A DNA stretch of 64,000 bases from Saccostrea cucullata (lineage: Eukaryota): contig NW_026933222.1 in the NCBI RefSeq assembly GCF_032062105.1, forward strand, positions 186,001-250,000. Reading direction: 5' to 3'. The notes under the pieces are model-generated. The model was given only the letters and a program-made list of their open reading frames with translations, did not search any database and had not been told where the DNA came from. The stretch's first letter is position 1; every line of letters begins with the position of its first letter. The position numbers were made by a program, and so were the translations under genes. This document shows, in pieces, positions 1 through 13,064 of this stretch.

Positions 1-229
1 CAGATGTTCGAGTGAGCACACTTAAAGTTGTGGTCTAATTGATAGCATAGATTACTGCTTTAAAATGAGAGAATTCTGATATGAAACAAAATCAAGATTA
101 AATCAGAGCATCTACAGTCAAATGGTATCAGGAATACCTACAGTATAAGCTTAATTTCCGTATTTTATTTCCACTTTTTCAGTTTATCGGGCGTAAAAAT
201 GCAATGCAGTTCCGCGTACTAAAACATGC

Positions 230-735
230 TACGTACTATGGCCAACCTCTTACGCGTACATGTACCTACAGTGTACATACAGACTCACGTATTATGACAT
301 ATCTATCCCGCATAATATGATAGTATTCACGTGTTATGACATATCTTTTGAAATTACTATTTCAACTACGGCATACTATAACATACCTATTTCGCATATT
401 ATGACATACCTATTCAACGTACTATATCATACCTATTCCACGAACTATGGCATACCTATTCCGCGTAAAGTGACATACATATTCACGTACAAGCTAGGAC
501 ATACCTATCCCGCGTAATACGACATTCGCATTCATGTACTGTGACATACATGTATACGTGTACCTAATCCGCGTACTATGCCATACCTATTCCACGCAAT
601 CCACGTGCTATGTTTTTCCTATTCCTCATACAGCAGCATACCTCTTTCGCCCCATATGACATACGTATATATTGCATATCTTGTCTGCATACTTTGAGAT
701 ACCAATTTTGCGTACTATGACTTACCTATTCCTAT
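230..735. repeat. Degenerate 23-bp minisatellite (ATGACATACCTATTCCGCGTACT) abutting the NCX-A splice donor
   Basis: Units start at about 401, 424, 447 and 470 (23-bp period), with further degenerate copies either side. Confidence 0.85.
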
Positions 736-1401
736 TTCCAGTTCTGATGAAGTTTTGTTTCTCCTCTTGCACCAACAACCTTTGTCCACACCAAACGCTG
801 TCACAAGAAGAATGGGGAACATACAAAACGTTATCACGCTTTCAAATATATCAACAACGCCTGGTGTAATCAACTTCAAAACCACAACCATCCAAATATA
901 GGCACACATACTAAAGCATGTACACGTAATATATACCGGCATACTTTTAATTTTGCGAATTTCTCCATCTGGAATACTAATGACACATATTCCTGTAATA
1001 ACTAAAAGATTAAAAGCTGCTGAACCGACTATAGTTCCAGGGCCAAGTTCGCCTGCTTTGAATTTGTTTCCGACTATTTCTATAACAGACAATAAAATTT
1101 CTGGAGCACTTGTTCCAAAGGCCATTAGACTCAGGTTGGCCACAGTATCGTTCCAAACTTTCACTTCTAACACTTTATCTTCTTTTTTCTCGACATTTGG
1201 AATTCGAATAATTTTTGTTTTACTAGTTATTTTCTCAATTCCACACATGAAAGAGTCTGCAACTATTGATGTGCCAATGAAGCACCAGAACATTGCTATA
1301 AAATAAAGAAAGATCCGCACCCCTGTCGCCCATGTGTATTCACTCATAACCGGAAGTAAAAGCCCCTCATAGGAACACGTGTAATTGTAAAGATTTGCCA
1401 T
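726..1401 (-). CDS. NCX: Na+/Ca2+ exchanger (SLC8/NCX) paralog A, first coding exon (TM1-TM5, alpha-1 repeat); gene continues beyond the left edge
   Basis: ORF contains WNDTVANLSLMAFGTSAPEILLSVIE and GELGPGTIVGSAAFNL (NCX alpha-1 region). Donor G|GTAAGT after 726 is phase 1, as in paralog B. Acceptor lies just upstream of 1431. Confidence 0.95.
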
Positions 1402-2308
1402 GTTTATCCTCTTCTTTTAATTGACAATTATCTGAAAATAAAGAGTAAAATTAAATTAACAAACAATGCATCAATCACAAGTTCTGAGGTGTATCGCGTC
1501 ATTCGAGCCGATTTAATCAATTATCCAGTGTAGTTTTTACTTGGCAACACTGATACAAACTTTTTATTCTGAGGAAGAAGACGAACTTGCTGTTTCATTG
1601 TACAGGAAAACGAAATGCCATAATGGAACCGAATTTAACACAGGAAAATGAATGCCTGAACGTATCATCAAAGAAACGAGAACAAACACATAAAAATTTC
1701 TAATTTAAGCTTCTGTGTGACAAATTCTTTTAAATGAATCTCAAAGAAAAAGAAAATCAGTTCGATATCAGAGCTGCAGAGAAAACTTCAAGATAGACTG
1801 TTTTACATAAATGAAAATAGCGTAAATTAACACCCTAATTAAATAAAGCATTAGTTACCTTCCTATTTTAAATGCATAGCGATGCCAAATAATTGTAATG
1901 TTTATTGCCCAGATGCTGAATTTCAGGCATTTCTAAATAAAGTAATATTCAACCTTTGTTGAACTGCAAAGAACAATAGGTCGCAATCATTCTAAGTCTT
2001 GAATTCATATTTTAAAGATCTAAAAAGAAAAAAAAAGTAAACATGTTTCATTAAGTATCGCGTGAGATCTTTTACCTTTGAACGACTTTTGTTGCACTTT
2101 TGTGTTGTACTTTAAATTATTTTACATTTTTTTAAATTGGAAAACAGTTTTCAGTGCCTTTTTTAAAAAATGATGTTTACCCCCCCCCCTTTTTTTTTAA
2201 ACATACAGGTATTTTGAAGTATTGAGGAAAACTACATGTGGTACAAACCGTGATTTTTGGGACATAATATTCCATTTTATGATAACAATTTTAGTATATA
2301 GATAGTCT

Positions 2309-2420
2309 ACAGTACACCATCGTCTCAAGCCACGGTCCGGAGTCCGCATATAGCTCTCCAGAATGGGAGAGGATCGTACAATTTGGCCGTGGTTTGCGAC
2401 GATGACAGTACACTGACACA
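2309..2420. mobile_element. Short MITE-like element; a related copy lies in the opposite orientation at ~43441-43680
   Basis: Shared segments CCATCGTC..CCACGG, GCATATAGCTCTC and ATGGGAGAGGATC; imperfect terminal inverted repeats. Confidence 0.55.
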
Positions 2421-3363
2421 ATTTATATTGTGACATGACCCGGCGAGTTTTCCTTTGAAGTCAAGCATACTGTAACTGCGATACAGAACACTTTTTGTGG
2501 GCGTTTCTTATGCAAATGAGCAGAAACACTGTATCTGCAAAATATCAACAACGGTTTATTTTTAGCGATGACGGAAAGCTGTATCCGTATACAGACATAC
2601 CAATCGTTCAATTCGCCATAGCAAAAATTGAGGTGAATTAAAAATAAAATTTTACAACGTAAAGGTATTATCGGATTCAACATTTTAAAAAGGAGTGGGG
2701 CAGTTCACAAATTATTACCCCCCCCCCCCAAAAAAAAGCGGAAAATCGTATTCCATGGGGGTAGACTTATAATCAACCAACACCTATGTGCGTCAATTCG
2801 TTACTTGTTGTTGAAATAAAAACCGTATGTATACAAGTTCAGAAAAAAAAATTTAAGAAAGCGAAAAAGAAAAAAAACCTCAAATTTGGGATGGGGGCAG
2901 CAGTGAGTGCTGTATCCCCGTTTGGTTACTCTACATTTTAATGAAAATTACCCCCCCCCCCTTTTCCTTTATCTGCTTATTTAATTTTGTAAAGACCGGT
3001 GGAGGATCGGACATTTCTCTAAATCTAATCTCCCGAAGCATTTTTGTTTCAAAAATATTCCCACATGATTCTCATATATCAAAAGCATTAAATCGTAGCT
3101 TAAACTAATAAAAAAATGTCAGCGAGAGCTGCATAGGGAAAAAACCTGCGCAATCAAATCCAAATAAAATTTTTGGAAAACAAATTAATTTATGCATCCC
3201 TTAAATAATTTTAAAATGATAGATACCTGCACGTCCATCTCACTCGGCATTTTAGTTGTAAATGCTTGAAATGTGATACTAAATCAACTTTCTGCAAAAT
3301 CATCTGATTGGATGAGTGGTATACGCATGTAAATATGTGAGGTTATGAAAGGTCATGTCACAA

Positions 3364-3490
3364 GTCATTTAGAATACTTGTTTCTTACTGTATCAGAGAT
3401 ACAGGGCGGGGCCCGGCTCGAGCTATCGCTCTCGCCTCAAGCCCCGCCCTGTATCTCTGATACAGTAAGAAACTCGTACTCTAAATAATA
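3364..3490. repeat. Long palindrome (~48-bp arms), probably the end of a non-autonomous DNA element
   Basis: GTTTCTTACTGTATCAGAGATACAGGGCGGGGC followed by GCCCCGCCCTGTATCTCTGATACAGTAAGAAAC. Confidence 0.8.
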
Positions 3491-6400
3491 CTTAAAAAAC
3501 GATCCGGACAACTAAATGCCGTCACAGCGAAAGCGAAGTGCATTACGTCATAATCCAAGGATTATAATAAAGCATATTTCAAAAACGTGTCAAAATCAAC
3601 AAAAGCCTGGCATAATTGTTGATTTAAACTTCATAAAAATATCATTTTTCTTTCCATTGACCATTATTGTCCAGCTGGGTAGAAAATGGCCTATTGAAAA
3701 AGAGAGTCTGATACGTAACTCTCCCAACAGAAATATGATATTATGCAATAGTAATAACATGAACATACTTAGAAAAACAATATCAAAGTAAAGAATTTAT
3801 TTTCTAATTTTTTTTTACAATTCAGAATTATATTAAACTAAATCAAAACGACATATTTTTATCCGAATTTAAAGAATAAGTTAAATTCAAAATTGAATAT
3901 TAATCATGTTCCTTTGCTCCTTTCATTGTATACCTTTTCTAATGAAAAAAAAATCTTTGGTGGAGTTGAAATATCGATTCATTGATTATTTTTAAATATA
4001 CATGAATCATTCATAATCATAAATTTATTGCGTACAATAGCTGTCGGCAATTGCGAGTACATGGTGTAGCGTTTTGGTGGGTTGGGGAATAAAACGAAAA
4101 CAAAGTAGCCGGGAACCTTACGTTGGTCTTACCATACAACAGATTATTTCGTATTAATAAGGAACTATATCTTTAAACCCCACTTTCTCATTCGCTGAAT
4201 TAATCCTACATGAGTTCGTCTTTGTGAATCCTTCAAAGACTTTTGATTTGACACTTTCACTTAATTAACACAGACGAATCGTTTTTTAAATTTGATATAT
4301 TTGATGAATTTTAGCTTAATATGCGATTTTTCTTTCAAAGACTGTTCATTTGACACTTTCTGTTTAGCCAGATGAATCAGTTTTTAAATCTAATAAATGA
4401 TATACATAGAACACACTTTGGTTCAAAGTACAGTTTGATGCAAAGTTTGGACTGTCGTAATTTCCTAAATTACTTAGTATATTGACACAAAATTTTAATT
4501 AGAATATTTCTATTATAGCAAAATCTGATTAAAAATGCCTTCCGTTAAGAAAAATCTCGTAAACTATATAAAAATTTGGGTAAACCTAAATAATACCCGA
4601 GAGCAGTTGCACTTAGTCACATTGCATTGGATATTATCTTCAAGGCAGCTCGGGGATTTCCGGGAAATCGGTAATTTAGATTAAAAATAGTAATGTTTCC
4701 GAATTGAAATCAAAGCAGAAGCATAAAATTTTGCCTCTCTTGGTATCTTTACACATGTTGGTACACGTTTTTCTTTTTCTTTTTTTTTTTTAATTTTTCA
4801 AACCTTTCAAAACATAACAGTTTACCGGCCTTGCTTGTCCGCCCGTCTGTCCGTCTATAACGCCTTAAATCCCGAGAACTTAAAGAGAAATACATATGAT
4901 ATTTTGCAGATATACTGTTTGTTCTTTTGGCTTTAGTAAATTGCCATATTTACCGACCTCTTGACCCTTCTTCTTGACCTTATACCTACTTTTCAAAATT
5001 AAAAATCACAGAGCCGATACAAAGCATTCTATTTTAATTTTAGTGGTTGGTTTAATTCAGCCATTTAGCAAGTGTATGATTTGTTATAAAATAATACAAA
5101 AACAGGAATCACATAACCTTTGACCTCTTGAAAAAAAACTATCGGTGGTTAATTCGGCTCACGTGTTTAAATTTTTTTGGGAGAAGTAGCATATAACACA
5201 TGTTTGAGCTAAAGATACTGTAAAGTGAAACTTCAAGATACTAAAAGTATACAGTTAGTGTTACCACAAAAACCCTGAAATTTGAGAACCTTCTCTACAC
5301 TGTGCACTAAAGAGAACTTTTCAGTTATTTCGGTTTTCTTTGTTTTAATTGTCTCCATTGTCGTTTTCAAAGATGGTAAAGAGTTAAAAGTATTTTACAG
5401 TGAAATTTTTAAATTACATGTATTTCATGATTTTTGTAAGTCTCGGCAATTTTTCAAGATTTTCAATATTAAAAAGGGACCTAAAATTTATACGTACTAG
5501 GCAAGCTTTTGGAGTATATAACATCTGGATGAGACAAGTTTCACCGTAAATGTGTATGATTGTGCATATTACATTTGTTCTAGACTTGTACCTTTTATCC
5601 ATGTTGTTTTTCTGCATTCTCTGTATTTAGACATTTCGATTTATTATGACTTTCCGAAAAAGTGTCCTACAATGTAATCAGAAGCACCTGACATTTTAAA
5701 TATCTCTACGCAAAAGAAAGTTTCACCATATTTTTTTTATTTAAGCAAACAATTTCTTATTGATAAAGAGAAGTATGTGACAGTCGGTTGCTCCTGGTTA
5801 CAATGCAAAACTTATAGTTCTGTGTTAAGGGGAATACAAATGATAACTGGTATACACTGAAAAATAATTTGAAAAATAATCATTAAACTCGCCATGAAAC
5901 TAAATATGGAATGGGAAGATGTTTTGTACCCATGTCTTTCCCAACTGCAGCAAAAGATGGTCATGCCAAGGTTGTGTGGAGTAATCTATATATTTCAGAA
6001 CACAGTTTGGTTTGTGGAATAGTTTTGCTTAAAGACAGTGATACTTTTTTAATGTTTTACACACTCTAGCAATAAATTGTAGAACATATGTTATAAAAAA
6101 GAAGAAAATATATAAGATTACAAGCATTTATGGACAATGCACATAACGCAGTCAAGTAGTTGGGTAATCTCTCCATTATTACCAAAAGATAAAAAAAATA
6201 ATGATGTACATCGTTTTCTGTCTCAAAACATTTCAAGAAATCATAAATAAGACATTTTTGTTAGATTAACAATAAAAACAAGCCTACGGCGGTGATGTAT
6301 CGCCAAAGATTTCACCAGGAAATGGTGTGGTAACATTAAAAACCCGGATCCTGTCTGCTGGAAATTGAATCGAACGCGAATCTTGACATTTTTTTTTTAT

Positions 6401-6999
6401 TTTATTCTATTCAGTCTTTTTATTTCACATCTTAGCGTTGGTATCGAATGACCTTGGAAACACAATAAATTGCAATGCCCATGATTAGGATAGTTCGATA
6501 TCGAAACTATTAAGTTTTATTTTTGTTTATCGACAGGGAGAGTATTTCTTAGAATAGATGGTAATGGAATATATCATTTAACAAACAAGCGGACGACTAA
6601 TCAATGACAGGAATTTAGTTTTGGTCGTTTACAAATGTCGATAGCAGCTCTTTATGACTTCTGCTCTGGGCCACAATGGCTAATTTCTGACACAGAGACA
6701 AATGTGTTAAATAAATAAAACCGGTCACGGTATACCTTAAAGCAAACTCAAAGAGAAATTTTAAAATAAAATAATTTCGAAATACAACTCCAAATTTTTT
6801 TTGGAGAAAAACCGAGATGACATTAAAAGGGAAAAAAAAATATATGAAAAAAGCTGATTAAAATCATTTACAATTTAGCTATATCAGATATTTTATTTCA
6901 TCTATAAATGTATATTTAATACAGGAAAAAAATCACAAACTAACAAACATACAAATAAAGTGAATAAAAAAAGGGAAAAGAAAAGAAAAGAAATCTTAC

Positions 7000-7130
7000 C
7001 TTAATTTGATTTCGCTTGTTTTATCCATGATCCAAAAAGATGTTAGAATCCTCGTCACGTCAAGCTTTCAGCGAGTAACATGAATCTTTAATCGTGCCGT
7101 CTTTCACCGCGGGACAATATTAACAGTTTC
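7000..7130 (-). other. Probable 5' non-coding exon of NCX paralog A
   Basis: Minus-strand donor AAG|GTAAGA at 7000/6999; layout mirrors paralog B. Upstream limit is approximate. Confidence 0.45.
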
Positions 7131-8926
7131 AAATAAAAATTTAAATGATGCAGAAGGTATTATGCATAATGTTGATGGACTAACCATAGCGACTGATTTC
7201 AGTGAAAGTGGCATATCGCTGTTCATCGTGGCACGCAGATCGATAGGACCTACCCGGTTTCAGCATGTTGCCCTTACTTACTTGGTTCAAATATTTGATC
7301 ATTGGCCGAGGAGCCTGCATCAGGTTATTTCGTCATATCAAAAGATGGCCAAGTTTGATACAGAGGCGATTTGCAAATGGTATCACCTAATCAACAATCG
7401 ATTAGGATTCCAAACACTGTTATCGATCAAATGAAACAGAATAAATGGCAGCGGTAACTTAAAGAATTTAGTATTGACAGCCATTTAAGAATCTCAGTTT
7501 TGCAAATTGATTGGAGTCGTTTTTACAGCCAGTTGAATCTTATAAATTTAGATTAAGGTGTATATGTTCAATAATCTCTCTTTTGATTAAAACATAAAAC
7601 CCGGAAGAAAAGTTCCGTAAAATCTGAAGAGGTTGTAACCTTGGCAAAACGTAAACCAAACAGAGCATTTGATTTCCGGCAGATGATAATTAATAGGCCA
7701 AAATTCCATCAGAAGTCATAGCAGATATTGGAATATCGCAAAAAATTCCGTAAAATATAGACATTTGGGTACACTGGGGTTATTGATGTGAAAATAATTT
7801 ATGTCTCTGTTGTTACTGTGTAAAACTGATGTAATTCTTCACATATAACCCTAAGACTTTAGTCGTATTATTCATTCGTAAATATTTTGCATAATTTCGC
7901 AAGACTGTCTCCACTAACGAAATTTTCATTTTTGTGAACATTTTTAAAATTAAAGATTACATACAGCAAAATCCAAACTTCATGATGCGTTCATAAATAC
8001 CAAAACATGAAAATAAGGTTTCGAAAATTTTTAAGCACTACAGTAGAACATTTTTTTTTCTTGAACGTGGTTTTTACAACATGGAAATTCGGACGTAGGA
8101 GACTGGATGCAAAAAAACTACACTTATCTTGAACAACGAAAGGACTTTTTAAAAAAAAAAAAAAGCGCACAGTTCTTAAAACACATTTTATTAATTCAAA
8201 AATATTATTAAACTACATTACGCTTATTACTAATGCATGTATATTCAATAGCTTAGAACCTTTACTGCTATTTTAATGACAAAGGTTAAGAAATATACAC
8301 CCAGACCTAGAGCTAACGGTACCTCCAACTACAAATATACCTCTCCCTTCAATATTTATAAAGCTTTATATACATGTATATACATATAATTATGATCTTG
8401 ATTATGTTTGTTGAGCTCCAAATCGCGAAAACCATGTCTTATGAACAAAAGCGCACCTACATGTATTTTTCAAACATGTTCTACATGTAGTTAAGATAAG
8501 TAGAGTAAAAAAAATCTACAATACATTAAATAACATATACTAACTAAGTAGTTTGAATTGTAAAGCAGAATTTAAAAATGAATCGAATTTATAAAGAAAA
8601 TCCAAGAAAAGCTCCTTGACATGAAATTTTGCAGAGCCTGGAACTATATATTAATGATATGATGATTCTAATTATAGTGTTTGAAGGACACGGCTTGTAG
8701 AAAATCGTTCGCACTTCGGTCCATTTATTAGAGACAATATATATATATCGTCAATGTGAAATCAATGAGAAAGCATAAAAGAATTCGCCTTTTTTGTTCA
8801 TTATCATGATTAAAATAACAACTGTGGATACAGCTGACTTGACATGGGCTTCTTGTTCAAGAAACCCTGAAGTCAGGTTGTAAGCATCCAAACTCTTAAT
8901 TTTTATTTTAATCAAAGACAACGTCA

Positions 8927-9261
8927 TTTTTATACCCCCGTAATCGAAAATTCGGGGGTATATAGTTTTTGCCCTGTCCGCCCGTCTGTCTGTCTGTCTG
9001 TCAGCAAAAACTTTAACCTTGTCCATAACTGTTGAGTGGGTGGGACTAGAGCTTTCATTGCATGGGTTAAAAACAGTTCACCTTTTGACCTTGACCTTAA
9101 AGTTTGGTCCACTTTAAAAAAAAAAACTTTAACCTTGACCATAACTTTTGAACCGTTAGTACTAGGGCTTCATATTTCAAAGGTGTATTCTTTGTGAGAA
9201 GGCCTACCTTTGGGTACCAACAACTTTGACCTTGGAGTTTAACTTACATTTGAGAAATTTC
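8927..9261 (+). mobile_element. Helentron-associated non-autonomous element (HINE/DINE-like), left part; right part at 21132-21240, split by the Gypsy insertion
   Basis: T-run start, hairpin TATACCCCCG..CGGGGGTATA, (GTCT/GTCC)n microsatellite, TGACCT-rich core. Terminal hairpin GTGTTTCACAAACAC at ~21216-21230. Confidence 0.7.
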
Positions 9262-9961
9262 TGTAACGTGCCCGAGGTATGAGGCTTATGTAATTTGATC
9301 AAATCTCCAATGAAGGAGATATATTTCATTGTAACCAATATATATGGTATTTCCTGGTAATTTGTTAATTGGTAATCCTTGTTGATTTGGTAAATAAATC
9401 CCTGTGTTGGTCAGTAAAATATTGCATTGCAGAGACAAACAAGAGCACAACATAAGATTATGTAAATTTCAACAATGATTTAATTAACGTAATAAATGTA
9501 ATACAGATGGCTGGATAACCAAATAATCAAACAATGGTGATGTAATACATTTGGTCAGATCGGACGTCACATATTATGATTTGGTCACGTTTTATGATTT
9601 GGTAACGCTATTATGATTTGGTAAAATGATGACTGTTGATTTTCCGTAATAAATCAATTTGGTCAAATGTAAACAATGGTAAAACTTCGTAGAGACTGTT
9701 GAATTCCTTAATAAATCTATTTGGTCAATATAATCTATAGTAAAAACTCCCCAACCGTTAGTTATATCAGTATTTATGTACAATTTCTATGAAAGTTGTT
9801 GAGCAGACGTTCTGCAGAGTCAAACTGAAACTTCAGCGTCCGTGGCGACGCTTATATAGGGTAAACTACCGGACATGCGCAGTGCGCTTTACCTAACCAA
9901 AAGGGAAAGTATAGACCAAAATGGCAGACGATACTAACAACATCGCCGAAGTGGGACAAAC

Positions 9962-12500
9962 GAATCCGGGATGTTTCGCGCCGATTCTGTTTCGCACTGA
10001 GATGGTTCGCGCCAGGATGATTCGCGCCGATATCGGTGCGAAACATCTCCCCCTCTTTTTTTAATATTTCATTTATAATGTAATAAATTAAGATCATTTA
10101 TTAAATCATAGATATAAATATGTGTTGTATGCTCAAAATCATGACTTTATAATATGCGGTGCCACAGGTAACGGATCGTAAATGTTAATATTGTGCCCGT
10201 TTGCTGAGCGTGTGTGTTCAACTATTTAATTGTAATTAGTTGGAGATCAAAAGGTGAGAATTATTTCATTACAGCAATTATAAAGTCGTACAGCAATTAT
10301 CTGCGAAAGCTTGAAAACATATAATTTGTGTTACTGAGAACATGTGTATAGAATAATTCACCAGGATGAGCTTAACATATTTTATTATTAATTTTGATAA
10401 ACTAGGCTTTATAAACGACAAATTATTTTTTCTTTCATCTCTATATTTCTCTACATCAATATTAATTTACAAGTGAACCATCTTTTTTTACGTCGTACGG
10501 TACTCCTCTTCCTATATTAATTTAATACATCACAGGAGCCAGAAAACAATTTATTTCATTCAAAAACCTAATTGTTTTCATTTAAACAAATCAATAAAAT
10601 ATTGTACTTTCATGTCAATATGTTTCAAAATTCATGAGATCAGGTTCTATAGTTTTAAATCCGAAATTAAAGTATTTTTGTGGGAAACTATATTAAAATA
10701 TACATGGACAAAAAAAGGGGGGCAGACAAACTTTGCGCACATGTAGTAACATAGAAACGCTGAAATAAAATTTGAAAGAATTATGCTTATGCAGAAGGAA
10801 ATCCAGTCAAAGCGCCCCCTAATAAAACCGTCCCGGTCAAAGCGTCCCATGATTTTGGTCAAAGCGTCCCCTTTATTTGGTCAAAGCGTCCCCTAATTTT
10901 GGTCAAAGCGCCCTTTATAGAATTTTACAGTAAAATGATGTTACAAAACCGCCCCAAAATATTGGTCAAAGCGTCCCCGGATTTTGGTCAAAGCGTCCCC
11001 GGATTTTGGTCAAAGCGCCCCGTACAGTAAAATGATGTTACAAAACCGCCCCCAAATATTGGTCAAAGCATCCCCTGATTTGGTCAAAGCGCCCCTTAAC
11101 ATTTTTTTCTTAAGAAAAATCGTCTGGGAAGCAATGGTCAAAACGTCCCCGATTTTGGTCAAAGCGTCCCCTGATTTTGGTTAAGGCACCCCCTAATATA
11201 TTTTTACAAACATGTTACGGAATAAAACTGTTTTGTATTTATAATTTTATCATTGTTTCGCAGTTAATTCTATAGGAGGCGCTTTGACCAAAATCAGGGG
11301 ACATTTTGACAATTACTTTGGGATCGACTCGAAACGCTTTTTTCCCTGTAAAAATATATAAGGGGGCGCTTTGACCAAAACCAGGGGACGCTTTGACCAT
11401 TTCTTGGGGACAGTAAAGATTGTTTCTATAAATATATTTTTTTCTGTAAAAATATGTAATTGTTAGGGGGCGCTTTGACCAAAATCAGGGGACGTTTTGA
11501 CTAAAATCAGGCGACGTTTTGACCATTATCATGATTATTTGGGGGCGATATTTTTTCTATAAAAATATGTTAGGGGGCGCCTTGACTAAAATCAGGGGAC
11601 GCTTTGACCATTATTTGGGGGCGATATTTTTCTATATAAATATGTAAGGGGGCGCTTTGACCCAAATCAGGGGACGCTTTGACAAATATTTGGGGGCGGT
11701 ATTTTTTCTATAAATTATGTTAGGGGGCGCTTTGACTTAAATTAGGGGACGCTTTGACCAACATCTGGGGGGAGGTATTTTTTATATAAAAGTATGTTAG
11801 GGGGCGCTTTGACCATAATCAGGGGGCGCTTTGACTAAAATCAGGGGACGCTTTGACTAAAGTTAGGGGACACTTTGACCGGGACGTTTTAATTAGGGGG
11901 CACTTTGACTGGGTCCCTGCAGAAGGGATATTTGATTTATACAATCTACCGGTACATCACCAACTTTTTTTTTATAGGTGCATAGACACAGATCTGAAGT
12001 AAATATATTCTTAAATATTCAAAATTGAAGTTTCAATGAATTTTACATGAAATAAGATTTTTTTTTCCATTTATTTTTATTTGAAATAATGTTAAGTCTC
12101 CAAATTTTGATTCTCCAAGCCAGCAAATTTACGTTGATAAGTTCCCCAAGCCGGCAATGATTACAGAATTACTTAATTAGATGGCGGTATGCTAAAGTAA
12201 CTACTATAAACATAATTATCAGAGTGTAAAAATAATATACAATTAGACTTAGTACTTTTAATAAACTTCTACAATTAAAATATAAACTAATATTCTACAA
12301 AATTTCGATACTTACATCAATATTCACAGATATTATAATTTATTATTTTTTTAATTCTTTTTCAAAATGAACGAAATAAAAAGCATACATTTTATGTTCT
12401 GGGAGCGAAACATCGCGGGGCGAACCATCTCAGCGCGAAACAGAATGGGCGCGAAACATCGCGGTGCGAACCATGCATCGGCGCGAAACATCCCGTTACC
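9962..12500. mobile_element. Non-autonomous DNA transposon with 8-bp TSD (MULE-like, uncertain), inserted in the left LTR
   Basis: TSD GGACAAAC at 9954-9961 and 12501-12508; the intact LTR has one copy. TIR core CGGGATGTTTCGCGCCGAT; subterminal TTCGCGCC repeats. Confidence 0.9.
10798..11917. mobile_element. Foldback-type non-autonomous transposon with 8-bp TSD, nested in the previous element
   Basis: TSD TGCAGAAG at 10790-10797 and 11918-11925. TIR core CCAGTCAAAGYGCCCCCTAAT. Inverted arrays of GGTCAAAGCGTCCCC on the left and GGGGACGCTTTGACC on the right. Confidence 0.9.
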
Positions 12501-13064
12501 GGACAAACCATGAAAAATACGAACAATGTGACGCCGAATCGTAAAACAAATACATAGTAATAAACAATGAAGGTAAGTTGCATAAAAATGTACAATACAA
12601 GTTGCGTATAAGTTAACAATAATAAAATAATGACGTTCGAGGACGGAGAACAATAACCTAAACCCCCCTTGTAAATTAGAATCTTCCGAATCGCCATGAC
12701 CAAAAAGGAAAACAACGTGATCGACAGACACACATGAAAAACGGTATTTACGATCAATTTAAACAATGTACTGTAAGTAAAATGAAATAAACATTCATAA
12801 TAAATACTGTTTCAATCATAAGAGTCCATAATTTTACGTATCAGTCCATATTTCCTCCGTGGTAAACTTGGTCATTTACCAAACATGAAAGTGTAGGATT
12901 TACCAAACATGAAATAATAGGAATTACCAAACATCGTTTTATAGTACACTTGGTAATATTTACAGTTCAAATATAATTGCTGTAAGAGAAATCATGTACA
13001 AATAATGATTACAAACTAATTATACACATATGACATATAGGGGGGGGGGTCTCAAAACACAAAT

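Noticed and set aside
953-1306. Antisense ORFs over NCX exons (also 31985-32242 and 27568-27810)
   Set aside because: Shadow frames of real coding exons with no independent signal.
10798-11917. Short repeats with variable spacers resembling a CRISPR array
   Set aside because: Repeats invert at the centre, are bounded by TIRs and an 8-bp TSD, the context is eukaryotic and there are no cas genes. It is a foldback transposon.
12351-12766. Hydrophobic ORFs duplicated at 20454-20821
   Set aside because: They lie within the LTRs and change at a transposon junction; most likely spurious.
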